Shown: positions 1 to 7,926 of the stretch, in pieces
How positions within the stretch are numbered: position 1 is the stretch's first letter
Layout: each line of letters starts with the position of its first letter
Source of the DNA: Victivallis vadensis
GTDB lineage: Bacteria > Verrucomicrobiota > Lentisphaeria > Victivallales > GWF2-50-93
DNA: 64,000 nucleotides
Assembly (NCBI GenBank): GCA_945883805.1
Contig: CAMCYE010000006.1
Span: forward strand, 10,583 to 74,582
Reading direction: 5' to 3'
The notes under the pieces: model-generated
Told to the model about the DNA's origin: nothing
Database searches by the model: none
Seen by the model: only the letters and a program-made list of their open reading frames with translations
Program-made: the position numbers and the translations under genes

Positions 1-1160
1 TTGCGATTGTCGCAATCGCCCCGTATCTCAGAATGCCTGCGGTGACAAAGTTCATTGATGGGTCGGGTCTTGTTTTCGCGGGACCGGTTTTCCCGTTCTG
101 TTTCATAACCATAGCCTGCGGCGCGGTTTCAGGGTTCCATGCCCTGATTTCATCGGGAACCACCCCGAAAATGATAACCAGCGAATCATGTGTGAGGACA
201 ATCGGATACGGCGCGATGATTGTTGAAATGATGGTGGCGATAATGGCACTGATTGCCGCAAGCACGATGAGTCCCGGAATCTATCTCAGCATCAACATGA
301 AAGGCGAACCTGCGGCGGTTGTCCAGAAAGCGTCTGCCGCCGGATTCCATGTGACGGAACAGGAGATGAAAAACCTTGCTGAAAATCTCGGGGAGAAGAC
401 AATGTTCGGAAGAACCGGTGGCGCTCCCACATTCGCAGTCGGAATGGCGGAAATGCTCGCGAAGGTTTTCGGAGGAAGGACGGCGATGGCACTGTGGTAT
501 CATTTCGCAATCATGTTTGAAGCGCTGTTCATATTGACGACCATCGATGCCGGCACCCGCGTGGGCCGTTTCCTCATGCAGGATCTGCTCGGACAGATTT
601 CGCCGGAACTCGGTCATACCGGAACCCTTCATTCAAACATCACATCAAGCATCCTGTTTGTCGGCGCCTGGGGCTGGTTCCTTTTCCAGGGAGTCATAGA
701 TCCCCTCGGCGGAATCAACAGTCTCTGGCCTATTTTCGGAATCGCAAACCAGCTTCTCGCGGTCATCGCACTGTCCCTGGGAACAACAATAATGATAAAA
801 ATGGGGAAGGCAAAATATATTCTTGTGACCCTGATTCCCCTGCTCTTTCTTTTCACTGTGACTATGACGGCGGGATTCATGAAAATCTTCAGCGCCGATC
901 CGCGCCTCGGTTTTCTCGCGAATGCGCGACAGATAGCCCAGAAGATCACCGACGGCGGGACAGTCAAACAGATTATCGAATGGGAAACCCTGAAACTGAA
1001 CAATTACATAAACACGGGGGTCTGCGCATTATTCATGGCGCTTGTCGTATTGATTGTAGCCGCATGCGTCAGGGAATGGTATCTGCTACTCTGCAGAAAA
1101 AAAGAGGCGGTCCTCCGCGAATCGGAATATGTCGGCACGGAGACGGAACCCGGGTTCTAA
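1..1160 (+). CDS. cstA: carbon starvation protein CstA, C-terminal part (5' end lies outside the window)
   Basis: The reading frame stays open to the window edge upstream of the listed ORF 33..1160. It is a polytopic membrane protein with CstA-type motifs ACGAVSGFHALISSGTTPKM and PIFGIANQLLA. Confidence 0.8.
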   Translation, partial: AIVAIAPYLRMPAVTKFIDGSGLVFAGPVFPFCFITIACGAVSGFHALISSGTTPKMITSESCVRTIGYGAMIVEMMVAIMALIAASTMSPGIYLSINMKGEPAAVVQKASAAGFHVTEQEMKNLAENLGEKTMFGRTGGAPTFAVGMAEMLAKVFGGRTAMALWYHFAIMFEALFILTTIDAGTRVGRFLMQDLLGQISPELGHTGTLHSNITSSILFVGAWGWFLFQGVIDPLGGINSLWPIFGIANQLLAVIALSLGTTIMIKMGKAKYILVTLIPLLFLFTVTMTAGFMKIFSADPRLGFLANARQIAQKITDGGTVKQIIEWETLKLNNYINTGVCALFMALVVLIVAACVREWYLLLCRKKEAVLRESEYVGTETEPGF

Positions 1161-1219
1161 CGTTTGTAGTAGCGCAATTTATTGCGCGTTTCTCAAGCTT
1201 CCGCGCCCCACCAAAACAT

Positions 1220-1247
1220 CTCGGGCAAGAATGCCCGAGTCACTTTT
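1220..1247 (+). terminator. putative intrinsic terminator after cstA
   Basis: 8-bp stem CTCGGGCA/TGCCCGAG with loop AGAA, followed by TCACTTTT, about 60 nt after the cstA stop. Confidence 0.55.
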
Positions 1248-1403
1248 AAGACCTTCGCTGTGACGACAAACCGGATGCGCCAAAGTATGGCGTTTTCGAT
1301 GAAAACGCCTCTTGAGCCAGTTTCGGCGAAACTGGCATACTGAAAACACCGACAAAACATTGGCAATATTTTTACGGATATGGCAGGAATCGGCGGTTTA
1401 TCA

Positions 1404-1450
1404 TAAAGTTTTCCGGAGAAACAATCCATTTGGTTCTCCGGAAAACTTTA
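1404..1450 (-). terminator. long hairpin overlapping the stop codon of the phosphomannomutase gene
   Basis: 17-bp perfect inverted repeat TAAAGTTTTCCGGAGAA / TTCTCCGGAAAACTTTA with a 13-nt loop. There is no clear U-tract, so terminator function is uncertain. Confidence 0.45.
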
Positions 1451-2764
1451 TCCTCTGATGATTTTCAGCAGTTCTTCGCGTTTGGCTTCCATGGTCTTCT
1501 TGTCCCTGGCTTCGGTGATCAGCCTGAGGAGCGGCTCCGTATTCGAAGCCCTGACGTTGAACCACCAGTCCTTGTATTCCACTGAAATCCCGTCGAGTTC
1601 GAACATTCTGCCGTCGGTGTATTTATTCTTGATTTTTTCCAGGACGGATTTCACGTTGGCAACCTTGGAATTGATTTCACCGCTGGAGAAATATATGCGG
1701 AGCGGGGCCACAAGGTCGCTGACTTTCCTGTTTGTCTTGCAGATCAGGTTCGCAAGCATCATGAACGCAAGCCCCTGGGATTCGGTCGTGTAGTTCTCCC
1801 TGAAGTAGTAATGGCCTGAAAGTTCACCAGCGAAAACCGCATCATATTCGCGCATCTGCGCCTTTATGAATGCATGACCGACACGCGACATAATGGCTTT
1901 GCCCCCGTTTCTCTCAATGCACTCCTTCACCGCCCAGCTGCTTCTCAAGTCATAGAGAATGGTGGCGGGCCCGTCTGAAAGAATATCCTGGGCGATAAGG
2001 GCCGTGAAAAGATCCATCGGGATGATCTCCCCCTTGTCGTCAATAAAGCCACAACGGTCGGCATCGCCGTCGAAACCTGCGCCGAAATCGGCCCCGACTT
2101 CCCTGACCTTTGCGCGAAGCGCGTCGAGAGTATGTGTTTCAAGGGGATTCGCCTCGTGATTCGGAAAAGTCCCGTCAAGCTTTTCATAAAGGGGGATTAT
2201 CTCGAACATGTCCCTGATTCCTGCTATTTCATATGATCCCATGGAATTTGCGAAATCCGCAACGACCTTGAGCTTGCGGTTCAGCTTTGCAAACTTCCTG
2301 AGATGTTCGCCATACTCCCTGGCAATGTCATAAGTTGTTATTTTCCCTTTTTTTGCGGAATCCCGCCATGAAGAATCCTGGACAATCTTTTCTATGTCGA
2401 CTATGCCGGTGGCGCCGCTGATCGGAATCGCCAGATTGCGGCAGAGCTTAAACCCGTTCCATTCCCCGGGATTGTGCGAGGCGGTTATCATGACACTCCC
2501 GTCAGCACCGAGTTTCCCGTTTGCGAAATACGACATCGGAGTAGAACACATCCCGATGTCAATGACATCCGCGCCCTGATCCGTCATTCCCTTGGAGAGT
2601 GCATTGAAAAGCGAAATTGAGTGCGGACGCATATCGCGGCCGACAACTATTTTCTTCGCCCCGACAAACTGCACAAAAGCACGGCCTATTTTTTCAGCCA
2701 TAGCCTCGTTAAGCTGTTCCGGATAAATACCCCTTATGTCATAAGCCTTGAAAATCCCAGCCAT
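1448..2764 (-). CDS. phosphomannomutase/phosphoglucomutase (alpha-D-phosphohexomutase family)
   Basis: Phosphoserine loop TASHNPGEWNGFK, metal loop GFDGDADR and sugar loop GELSGH. 438 aa. Confidence 0.9.
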   Translation of the reverse strand: MAGIFKAYDIRGIYPEQLNEAMAEKIGRAFVQFVGAKKIVVGRDMRPHSISLFNALSKGMTDQGADVIDIGMCSTPMSYFANGKLGADGSVMITASHNPGEWNGFKLCRNLAIPISGATGIVDIEKIVQDSSWRDSAKKGKITTYDIAREYGEHLRKFAKLNRKLKVVADFANSMGSYEIAGIRDMFEIIPLYEKLDGTFPNHEANPLETHTLDALRAKVREVGADFGAGFDGDADRCGFIDDKGEIIPMDLFTALIAQDILSDGPATILYDLRSSWAVKECIERNGGKAIMSRVGHAFIKAQMREYDAVFAGELSGHYYFRENYTTESQGLAFMMLANLICKTNRKVSDLVAPLRIYFSSGEINSKVANVKSVLEKIKNKYTDGRMFELDGISVEYKDWWFNVRASNTEPLLRLITEARDKKTMEAKREELLKIIRG

Positions 2765-2820
2765 TATAATGTCTCCAGTTATGAATTAAACCCTATTTGT
2801 GAAAGGGTTGCTGAATATAG

Positions 2821-2867
2821 TTTTTCATTCAAATAAATTCAAAGAGGGAATTTATTTGAATGAAAAA
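2821..2867. other. 20-bp perfect AT-rich inverted repeat in a divergent promoter region
   Basis: TTTTTCATTCAAATAAATTC, loop AAAGAGG, then GAATTTATTTGAATGAAAAA. The arms are exact reverse complements. Confidence 0.85.
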
Positions 2868-3063
2868 CTATGGGGATTATTTGGTTGCACCATTTAGAGG
2901 CATATATTTGGAATGACAGAATCTGGATGAAATGAGGCTCTTTGTCATCGAAAGTATGTCGGGTTTTCTGTGTCCGCCGTAGCTTCTCTGCGAAGGGGGA
3001 AACCCGACATTTAGTTGGCGGTTTACCCCAGTCATTCGACGGGGCAGAGAAAACCGCCCTCTT

Positions 3064-3876
3064 ATGAGGCAAAAAGCCCAGCTTAACGCTTACGAGAAAA
3101 GGGAATTAAAAAAAATGACGACTTTACAATCTGGAAATCATCCCCTCTCCATTCGTGACGGTTGCATCTGCAAGACACAGAAGTTGTTGGTGGCCGCCCC
3201 GCACCCTGATGACTTCGACGCAATTGGAGCCAGCCTTAAATACCTGTCAGGAAATGGCAATCCACTGGAGGTCATTGTCGCCTGCACAGGCAGTGGCGTC
3301 GAAGATTCCTACCGTCCCGGGCTGACTCTTGATTCCAAGACGCAATTGAGAGAAGACGAGCAGAGAAACAGTGCCAGATTCTTCGGACTTCCCGGAGATC
3401 GCCTGACGTTCCTTCATCTGAAAAACGACGAAGACGATCAAACTCTGGACACAGCGGAAAACCTTATCACCTTGGAAAAGATCATCCTGCAAAAAAAACC
3501 TGACGTCATTTTCCTGCCTCACTGGAACGACACAAATGCCGGACACAGGTCGATCTATTCCCTGGTTCGCCAATTTGCTTTGCGCTCCCGCCTTCCGCTT
3601 ACCCTATTGCTCATTCGTGACCCTAAGACTATTTCAATGCGCACGGATCTCTATCTTCCTTTTGGCGAAGCCGAGGCCGCCTGGAAAGCCGAACTGCTTC
3701 GGTTCCATGATTCCCAGCAACAGCGCAATCTAAACACGCGAAGGCACGGTTTCGATGAGCGGATCCTGAGTCACAACCGGCAGATTGCCCGTGAATTATT
3801 ACTCCCGGAGCCGTATGCGGAAGCTTTCGAACTTGAAGCATACAACAAGACCGATGGAATTGACACGGTGAAATGA
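3064..3876 (+). CDS. PIG-L/LmbE family deacetylase
   Basis: AAPHPDDFDAIGA and HWNDTNAGH zinc-site motifs. The start is uncertain; an alternative ATG lies at 3115. Confidence 0.75.
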   Translation: MRQKAQLNAYEKRELKKMTTLQSGNHPLSIRDGCICKTQKLLVAAPHPDDFDAIGASLKYLSGNGNPLEVIVACTGSGVEDSYRPGLTLDSKTQLREDEQRNSARFFGLPGDRLTFLHLKNDEDDQTLDTAENLITLEKIILQKKPDVIFLPHWNDTNAGHRSIYSLVRQFALRSRLPLTLLLIRDPKTISMRTDLYLPFGEAEAAWKAELLRFHDSQQQRNLNTRRHGFDERILSHNRQIARELLLPEPYAEAFELEAYNKTDGIDTVK

Positions 3877-3895
3877 AAGCACCTAGGATATTTTC

Positions 3896-4003
3896 GGCGG
3901 AAGTCCTTCCGCACAAGAAATACATGAAGCCGACCAGACGGTCAGCGTTCCCGGGAACGCCAAGCGTCCGCTTGGCTTAAAAATGTGCGGAAGGACTTCC
4001 GCC
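3896..4003. other. 108-nt nested hairpin element between convergent genes
   Basis: Outer 20-bp perfect stem GGCGGAAGTCCTTCCGCACA (3896-3915) / TGTGCGGAAGGACTTCCGCC (3984-4003). It encloses the palindromes GCGTTCCCGGGAACGC (3945-3960) and CCAAGCGTCCGCTTGG (3960-3975). Confidence 0.85.
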
Positions 4004-4028
4004 AAGCAAATCTACAATATCTTCCCGT

Positions 4029-4268
4029 TTAGGCTATTTTTCCCGGATCCTTATCCTTGGTGTCCGGCCTGAGATCTTTTTTGTCCGCTGTTTTTTCCGC
4101 ACTCTTGGACGGATCTTCTTTTTCTATTGCATCCCGTATATCGTCTTTCGCTTTCTTAAATTCGCGGATACCCTTGCCGAGCCCGCGCGCCAGCTCCGGT
4201 ATCTTGCTTCCTCCAAAAAGAAGAAGGACGATGAGAAAGATAATAATCAATTCCTGATAACCGATCAT
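4029..4268 (-). CDS. tatA: twin-arginine translocase subunit TatA/E
   Basis: [40 protein letters not shown]: an N-terminal TM helix followed by an amphipathic helix. GGAGG lies 6 nt upstream of the ATG at 4268. Confidence 0.9.
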   Translation of the reverse strand: MIGYQELIIIFLIVLLLFGGSKIPELARGLGKGIREFKKAKDDIRDAIEKEDPSKSAEKTADKKDLRPDTKDKDPGKIA

Positions 4269-4510
4269 ACACACCTCCGTTTGATTTCAAATTTTTAAAT
4301 TACATGCAACCTACCGCATGAAGAGTCCAGCATTAAACAGGCCATCCGCCAATTCTTCCATACACTATCATCCTTTTATCTTTTTGAAAATAAAAGAAAC
4401 CGCCTGAAGCGGACAATGGCCCCGTCCCACGGGAAATCTGGGCTCAAAAATGAATTCTTTATTGATTCACTAAAGATTGGCATCAAAGATGCTCGACAGC
4501 ACTTTAATAG

Positions 4511-4540
4511 TTATTATCATTATATCGATAATGATAATAA
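4511..4540. promoter_or_regulatory. AT-rich palindrome upstream of the hydrogenase operon (candidate operator)
   Basis: TTATTATCATT, spacer ATATCGAT, then AATGATAATAA. This is an 11-bp perfect inverted repeat about 40 nt upstream of the small-subunit start. Confidence 0.4.
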
Positions 4541-4579
4541 TAATAATTATTGAAGAGCCATAAAAAAGGAGATGTCATA

Positions 4580-5458
4580 ATGAAGGTTTCAAGACGCGAC
4601 TTCCTGAGGTACTGCGGCCTGTCTGCAACAGCGCTTGGGCTGACCAAGACCGACTTGTTCGCAATTGATTCCCTGCTGGCATCAAGCAATGCCCCTGCGG
4701 TTCTATGGATACAGGGAAGCTCCTGCTGCGGGGACTCTATTTCACTTCTCAACCGCATAGCTGCAACTGTGCCAAAAACAGTTGACGAACTGCTTCTGGG
4801 TCCCATTGACCTGATTTTCCATCCCAATCTCATGGGACCGTCTGGAGATGAAGCCGTTGCCGCCGTACGGTCGTTGAAAAACTACATTCTGGTCATCGAG
4901 GGTGGCGTTCCGACCGCGTACAACGGCATGGCATGCACGGTCTGGACGGAAAACGACGTGGATGTCACATTCGGTGACGCAATAAGGAGTCTTGCGCCGG
5001 GAGCGTCTCAAATCATCTGTGTCGGGCAATGCGCATGTTTCGGGGGAATTCCGGCTTCCGGAGGCAATCCCACGAAAATAGTCAGCGTGCCTTCCTATCT
5101 TGCGATGCCGACAATCAATATCGCGGGTTGCCCTCCCCATCCGGATTGGATGATAGGCACAATCGCACAGTTACTCGCCGGGAAAACTGTTCCTCTTGAC
5201 AAATATGGACGGCCCACGGAATTTTTCGGCAGGACGGTCCATAGCCGCTGTCCTCTCAGGGAAACAGAAGGGGTGGAGACATATGGTGTAAGGAACAGGT
5301 GCCTGAAGGAACTTGGCTGCAGGGGACCTGAAACCTATTGCAACTGTCCTGACATGAAATGGAACAACGGCGTAAGCTGGTGCGTAGAGGCGGGAGGGCC
5401 ATGTATCGGCTGCACAAGTCCGACATTCCCTTCTCAAACATCTTTTCATCATAGCTGA
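4580..5458 (+). CDS. [NiFe]-hydrogenase small subunit with Tat signal peptide
   Basis: Twin-arginine motif SRRDFLRY. FeS-cluster Cys motifs GSSCCGDS, GQCACFGG, GCPPHP and a Cys-rich distal region. GGAG lies upstream of the ATG at 4580. Confidence 0.9.
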   Translation: MKVSRRDFLRYCGLSATALGLTKTDLFAIDSLLASSNAPAVLWIQGSSCCGDSISLLNRIAATVPKTVDELLLGPIDLIFHPNLMGPSGDEAVAAVRSLKNYILVIEGGVPTAYNGMACTVWTENDVDVTFGDAIRSLAPGASQIICVGQCACFGGIPASGGNPTKIVSVPSYLAMPTINIAGCPPHPDWMIGTIAQLLAGKTVPLDKYGRPTEFFGRTVHSRCPLRETEGVETYGVRNRCLKELGCRGPETYCNCPDMKWNNGVSWCVEAGGPCIGCTSPTFPSQTSFHHS

Positions 5459-5521
5459 GCAACGATTATTAATTTTCCAACATTAACGTAATTCAAAATA
5501 AGAAAAGCATAGGAGGATACC

Positions 5522-6922
5522 ATGGCAACGTTCACAGTTATAGATCCTGTGACCAGGATTGAAGGTCATTTGAAAATCGAGGTTAAGATAGAGGCATATC
5601 AGGGAGTCCAACAGGTAGTTGACGCACAGGTGGCCGGCACACTGTTCAGGGGTTTCGAAAAACTGCTTGTCGGCAGGGATCCCCTGGACGCCCAGCACAT
5701 CACCCAGCGAATCTGCGGTGTCTGCCCGATATCTCATGCAATGGCCGCAGTGATGACACTCGACAAAGCCAGTAAAACAGCGATTCCCATGACGGCTCTC
5801 CTCCTGAGGAACCTCGTGATGGGCGCGAACTTCGTCGAATCCCATATCCTTCACTTTTACCTTCTCAGCGCATTGGACTACATTGACGGTCCGGCGCAGA
5901 GGCCGTGGCTGTCGACCTGGTCCATAGACAGGCGTTTCAACTCCTCGCAGACGGCTACGCTGATAGGCCACTACCTCAAGGCCATTGAGATGAAGCGCAA
6001 GGGTCAGGAAGCGGCCGCCGTATTCTGCGGGAAAATGCCGCATTCGCCGGCCTTTATCCCCGGCGGATTCACAAATGCCCCCACAAAAGCGCAGATAACC
6101 CTCTTCAACAGCTATCTCGCCGAACTCCTCGATTTCGTTTACAATGTCTACATACCCGATGCAGAGGCCCTGGCCTCCGTCTATAGCGACTACAGCCAGA
6201 TCGGAAGAGGATATGGAAATCTCCTTGCGTACGGTTGTTTCGATGAAAATGTCACAGGAACTTCAAAACTATTCACGCCGGGCGTAATCCTGAATGGCTC
6301 CAAAACAAAGTCAGCCCTTACGGTCGGCAACATAACCGAGCAGGTCAAAAACTCATGGTATCAGGATTCAACCTCAAAGTTGAGGCCTGACGGCGGAAAA
6401 ACAGAACCGGTATATCCCAAAGGTGCGGCCTATAGCTGGCTGAAAGCCCCCCGCTATGCAAATGCCCCGATGGAAGTCGGACCTCTTGCCAGGATGTGGA
6501 TGACAGGCGACTACCGGCGCGGAATTTCGGTAATGGACCGCCAACTTGCAAGAGCCTATGAAACGAAAAAAATAGCCGAGGCGATGAAACGGTGGATTGC
6601 AGGAGTGAAAGAAGGAGCCCCCGTATATAAGAGAGCCGTCATCCCCTCTTCCGTAACGGCCTTCGGCCTTACCGAAGCCCCCCGCGGGGCACTCGGTCAC
6701 TGGGTGAAATTAATCAGTTCCAAGATCTCCAACTACCAAGTTATCACCCCGACCTGCTGGAACTGTTCGCCAAGGGACGATGCCAATCAGCTCGGACCTC
6801 TGGAAAAAGCGCTGATAGGAACCGTAGTGCAGGATCCGGACAAGCCAGTCGAAGTGCTGAGGGTAATCCACTCCATGGATCCATGCCTCGACTGTGCAGT
6901 CCATGTAATGAGGGCAAAATGA
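5522..6922 (+). CDS. [NiFe]-hydrogenase large subunit (466 aa)
   Basis: RIEGH, RICGVCPISH, EAPRGALGHW and the C-terminal Ni-binding DPCLDCAVH. AGGAGG lies upstream of the start. Confidence 0.92.
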   Translation: MATFTVIDPVTRIEGHLKIEVKIEAYQGVQQVVDAQVAGTLFRGFEKLLVGRDPLDAQHITQRICGVCPISHAMAAVMTLDKASKTAIPMTALLLRNLVMGANFVESHILHFYLLSALDYIDGPAQRPWLSTWSIDRRFNSSQTATLIGHYLKAIEMKRKGQEAAAVFCGKMPHSPAFIPGGFTNAPTKAQITLFNSYLAELLDFVYNVYIPDAEALASVYSDYSQIGRGYGNLLAYGCFDENVTGTSKLFTPGVILNGSKTKSALTVGNITEQVKNSWYQDSTSKLRPDGGKTEPVYPKGAAYSWLKAPRYANAPMEVGPLARMWMTGDYRRGISVMDRQLARAYETKKIAEAMKRWIAGVKEGAPVYKRAVIPSSVTAFGLTEAPRGALGHWVKLISSKISNYQVITPTCWNCSPRDDANQLGPLEKALIGTVVQDPDKPVEVLRVIHSMDPCLDCAVHVMRAK

Positions 6923-7395
6923 AAAACAACTCCAAATGTCGTGTCTGGGTGGCCGGACTTGGGAACGTATTGATGAGTGACGACGGGGTCGGCGCGGTGG
7001 CGGCCAGAATGCTGTCGGAAGCCGCCCAGTCCAGCGGAACCGTCGTCTCGGAGGTCGGCACCGCAATAGTATTCTATACCAACCTCATATCAGATGCGGA
7101 AAATATTCTGTGCCTCGATGCAGTGACCAGCGGAAAGAAACCGGGGACAGTGACTGTTTTCACCTTGGATGAAATTGAAGCTTCCGGAGGAAAATGGCGG
7201 ACTGCACACGAACTGACCCTCCTGGACGCAATTGACGTTTTCAGGCATGGAAAAAGGCCGAACATCAAGGTTATAGGTGTGGAACCTGAACGCATTGAAT
7301 ACGGACTCAATCTTTCGGCGACTGTAGAACACGCCATACCGGAAATGCTTACACTTGCAAGGAAGGCCATGTCGGAAATGGCTTCACTGCCATAG
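6919..7395 (+). CDS. hydrogenase maturation endopeptidase (HyaD/HybD/HoxW family)
   Basis: VWVAGLGNVLMSDDGVG motif. The ATG at 6919 overlaps the large-subunit TGA (ATGA). Confidence 0.85.
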   Translation: MKNNSKCRVWVAGLGNVLMSDDGVGAVAARMLSEAAQSSGTVVSEVGTAIVFYTNLISDAENILCLDAVTSGKKPGTVTVFTLDEIEASGGKWRTAHELTLLDAIDVFRHGKRPNIKVIGVEPERIEYGLNLSATVEHAIPEMLTLARKAMSEMASLP

Positions 7396-7448
7396 GAATC
7401 CCCCAAATAAATGCGGAGGGAACCCCCCTTCTCTTCCGCATTTTGAAA

Positions 7449-7488
7449 CAGGGGTGGATGGTGAAAAACCATCCCCCCTGTTTTTTTT
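7449..7488 (+). terminator. intrinsic terminator of the hydrogenase operon
   Basis: Stem CAGGGGTGGATGGT / ACCATCCCCCCTG (one bulge), loop GAAAA, followed by T8. Confidence 0.85.
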
Positions 7489-7826
7489 GGTTCCTTCTCA
7501 TTTTAAGTGGGTAAATTTCTCGAATATCCAATATCCAATCCGCCACGGCGGAAATATCCAACCAATGAAGGGAAGAAAACACGAATTCATTCAACAGTTG
7601 AAAAATAATAATTCGGTCTTGAAAGAAATCGATGAATTGAACTCAATATTATTCAAAAAAATAGACACGGATAAAATGGGATAATTCGATAATTTCCTTG
7701 GACATTGGACATTCCGTGTTGGATATTGGATATTCAAATTGATTTCTTTGAATGTCTGGAATATAATGTACCCCATCTTGGAGGGGTATGGACTATTACC
7801 CACTCATTTTAAGAAAGAACCTTCCC
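7489..7826. repeat. composite ~340-bp inverted-repeat element (MITE-like) enclosing an AT-rich core with a 39-codon ORF
   Basis: Outer arms GGTTCCTTCTCATTTTAAGTGGGTAA (7489..) and TTACCCACTCATTTTAAGAAAGAACC (..7826). Inner perfect 17-bp inverted repeat GAATATCCAATATCCAA (7522-7538 and reverse complement at 7720-7736). Heptamer arrays AATATCC (left) and GGACATT/GGATATT (7700-7734). The core ORF is 7565-7684. Confidence 0.8.
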
Positions 7827-7926
7827 CCCCCTGCAAACATGATGAAAAAGGAAACATTGCTTTGGACATAGTCCGCTGCGGGTGTATTTTAACCCCTTTA
7901 ATTTTTACCTTATGGCGGAATTAACG

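Noticed and set aside
2839-3072. 77-aa minus-strand ORF in the PGM / PIG-L spacer
   Set aside because: It is composed of the hairpin-rich leader sequence. It has no RBS, and its composition is implausible.
5522-6922. Possible [NiFeSe] hydrogenase or selenocysteine recoding
   Set aside because: The C-terminal motif reads DPCLDCAVH with ordinary Cys codons, and there is no in-frame TGA in either subunit.
7355-7803. ORFs 7355..7684 (109 aa) and 7591..7803 (70 aa) in the hydrogenase/lol spacer
   Set aside because: They run through the intrinsic terminator and the heptamer arrays. Only the internal 39-codon ATG-initiated part (7565-7684) is even conceivable, and I report it only as part of the repeat element.
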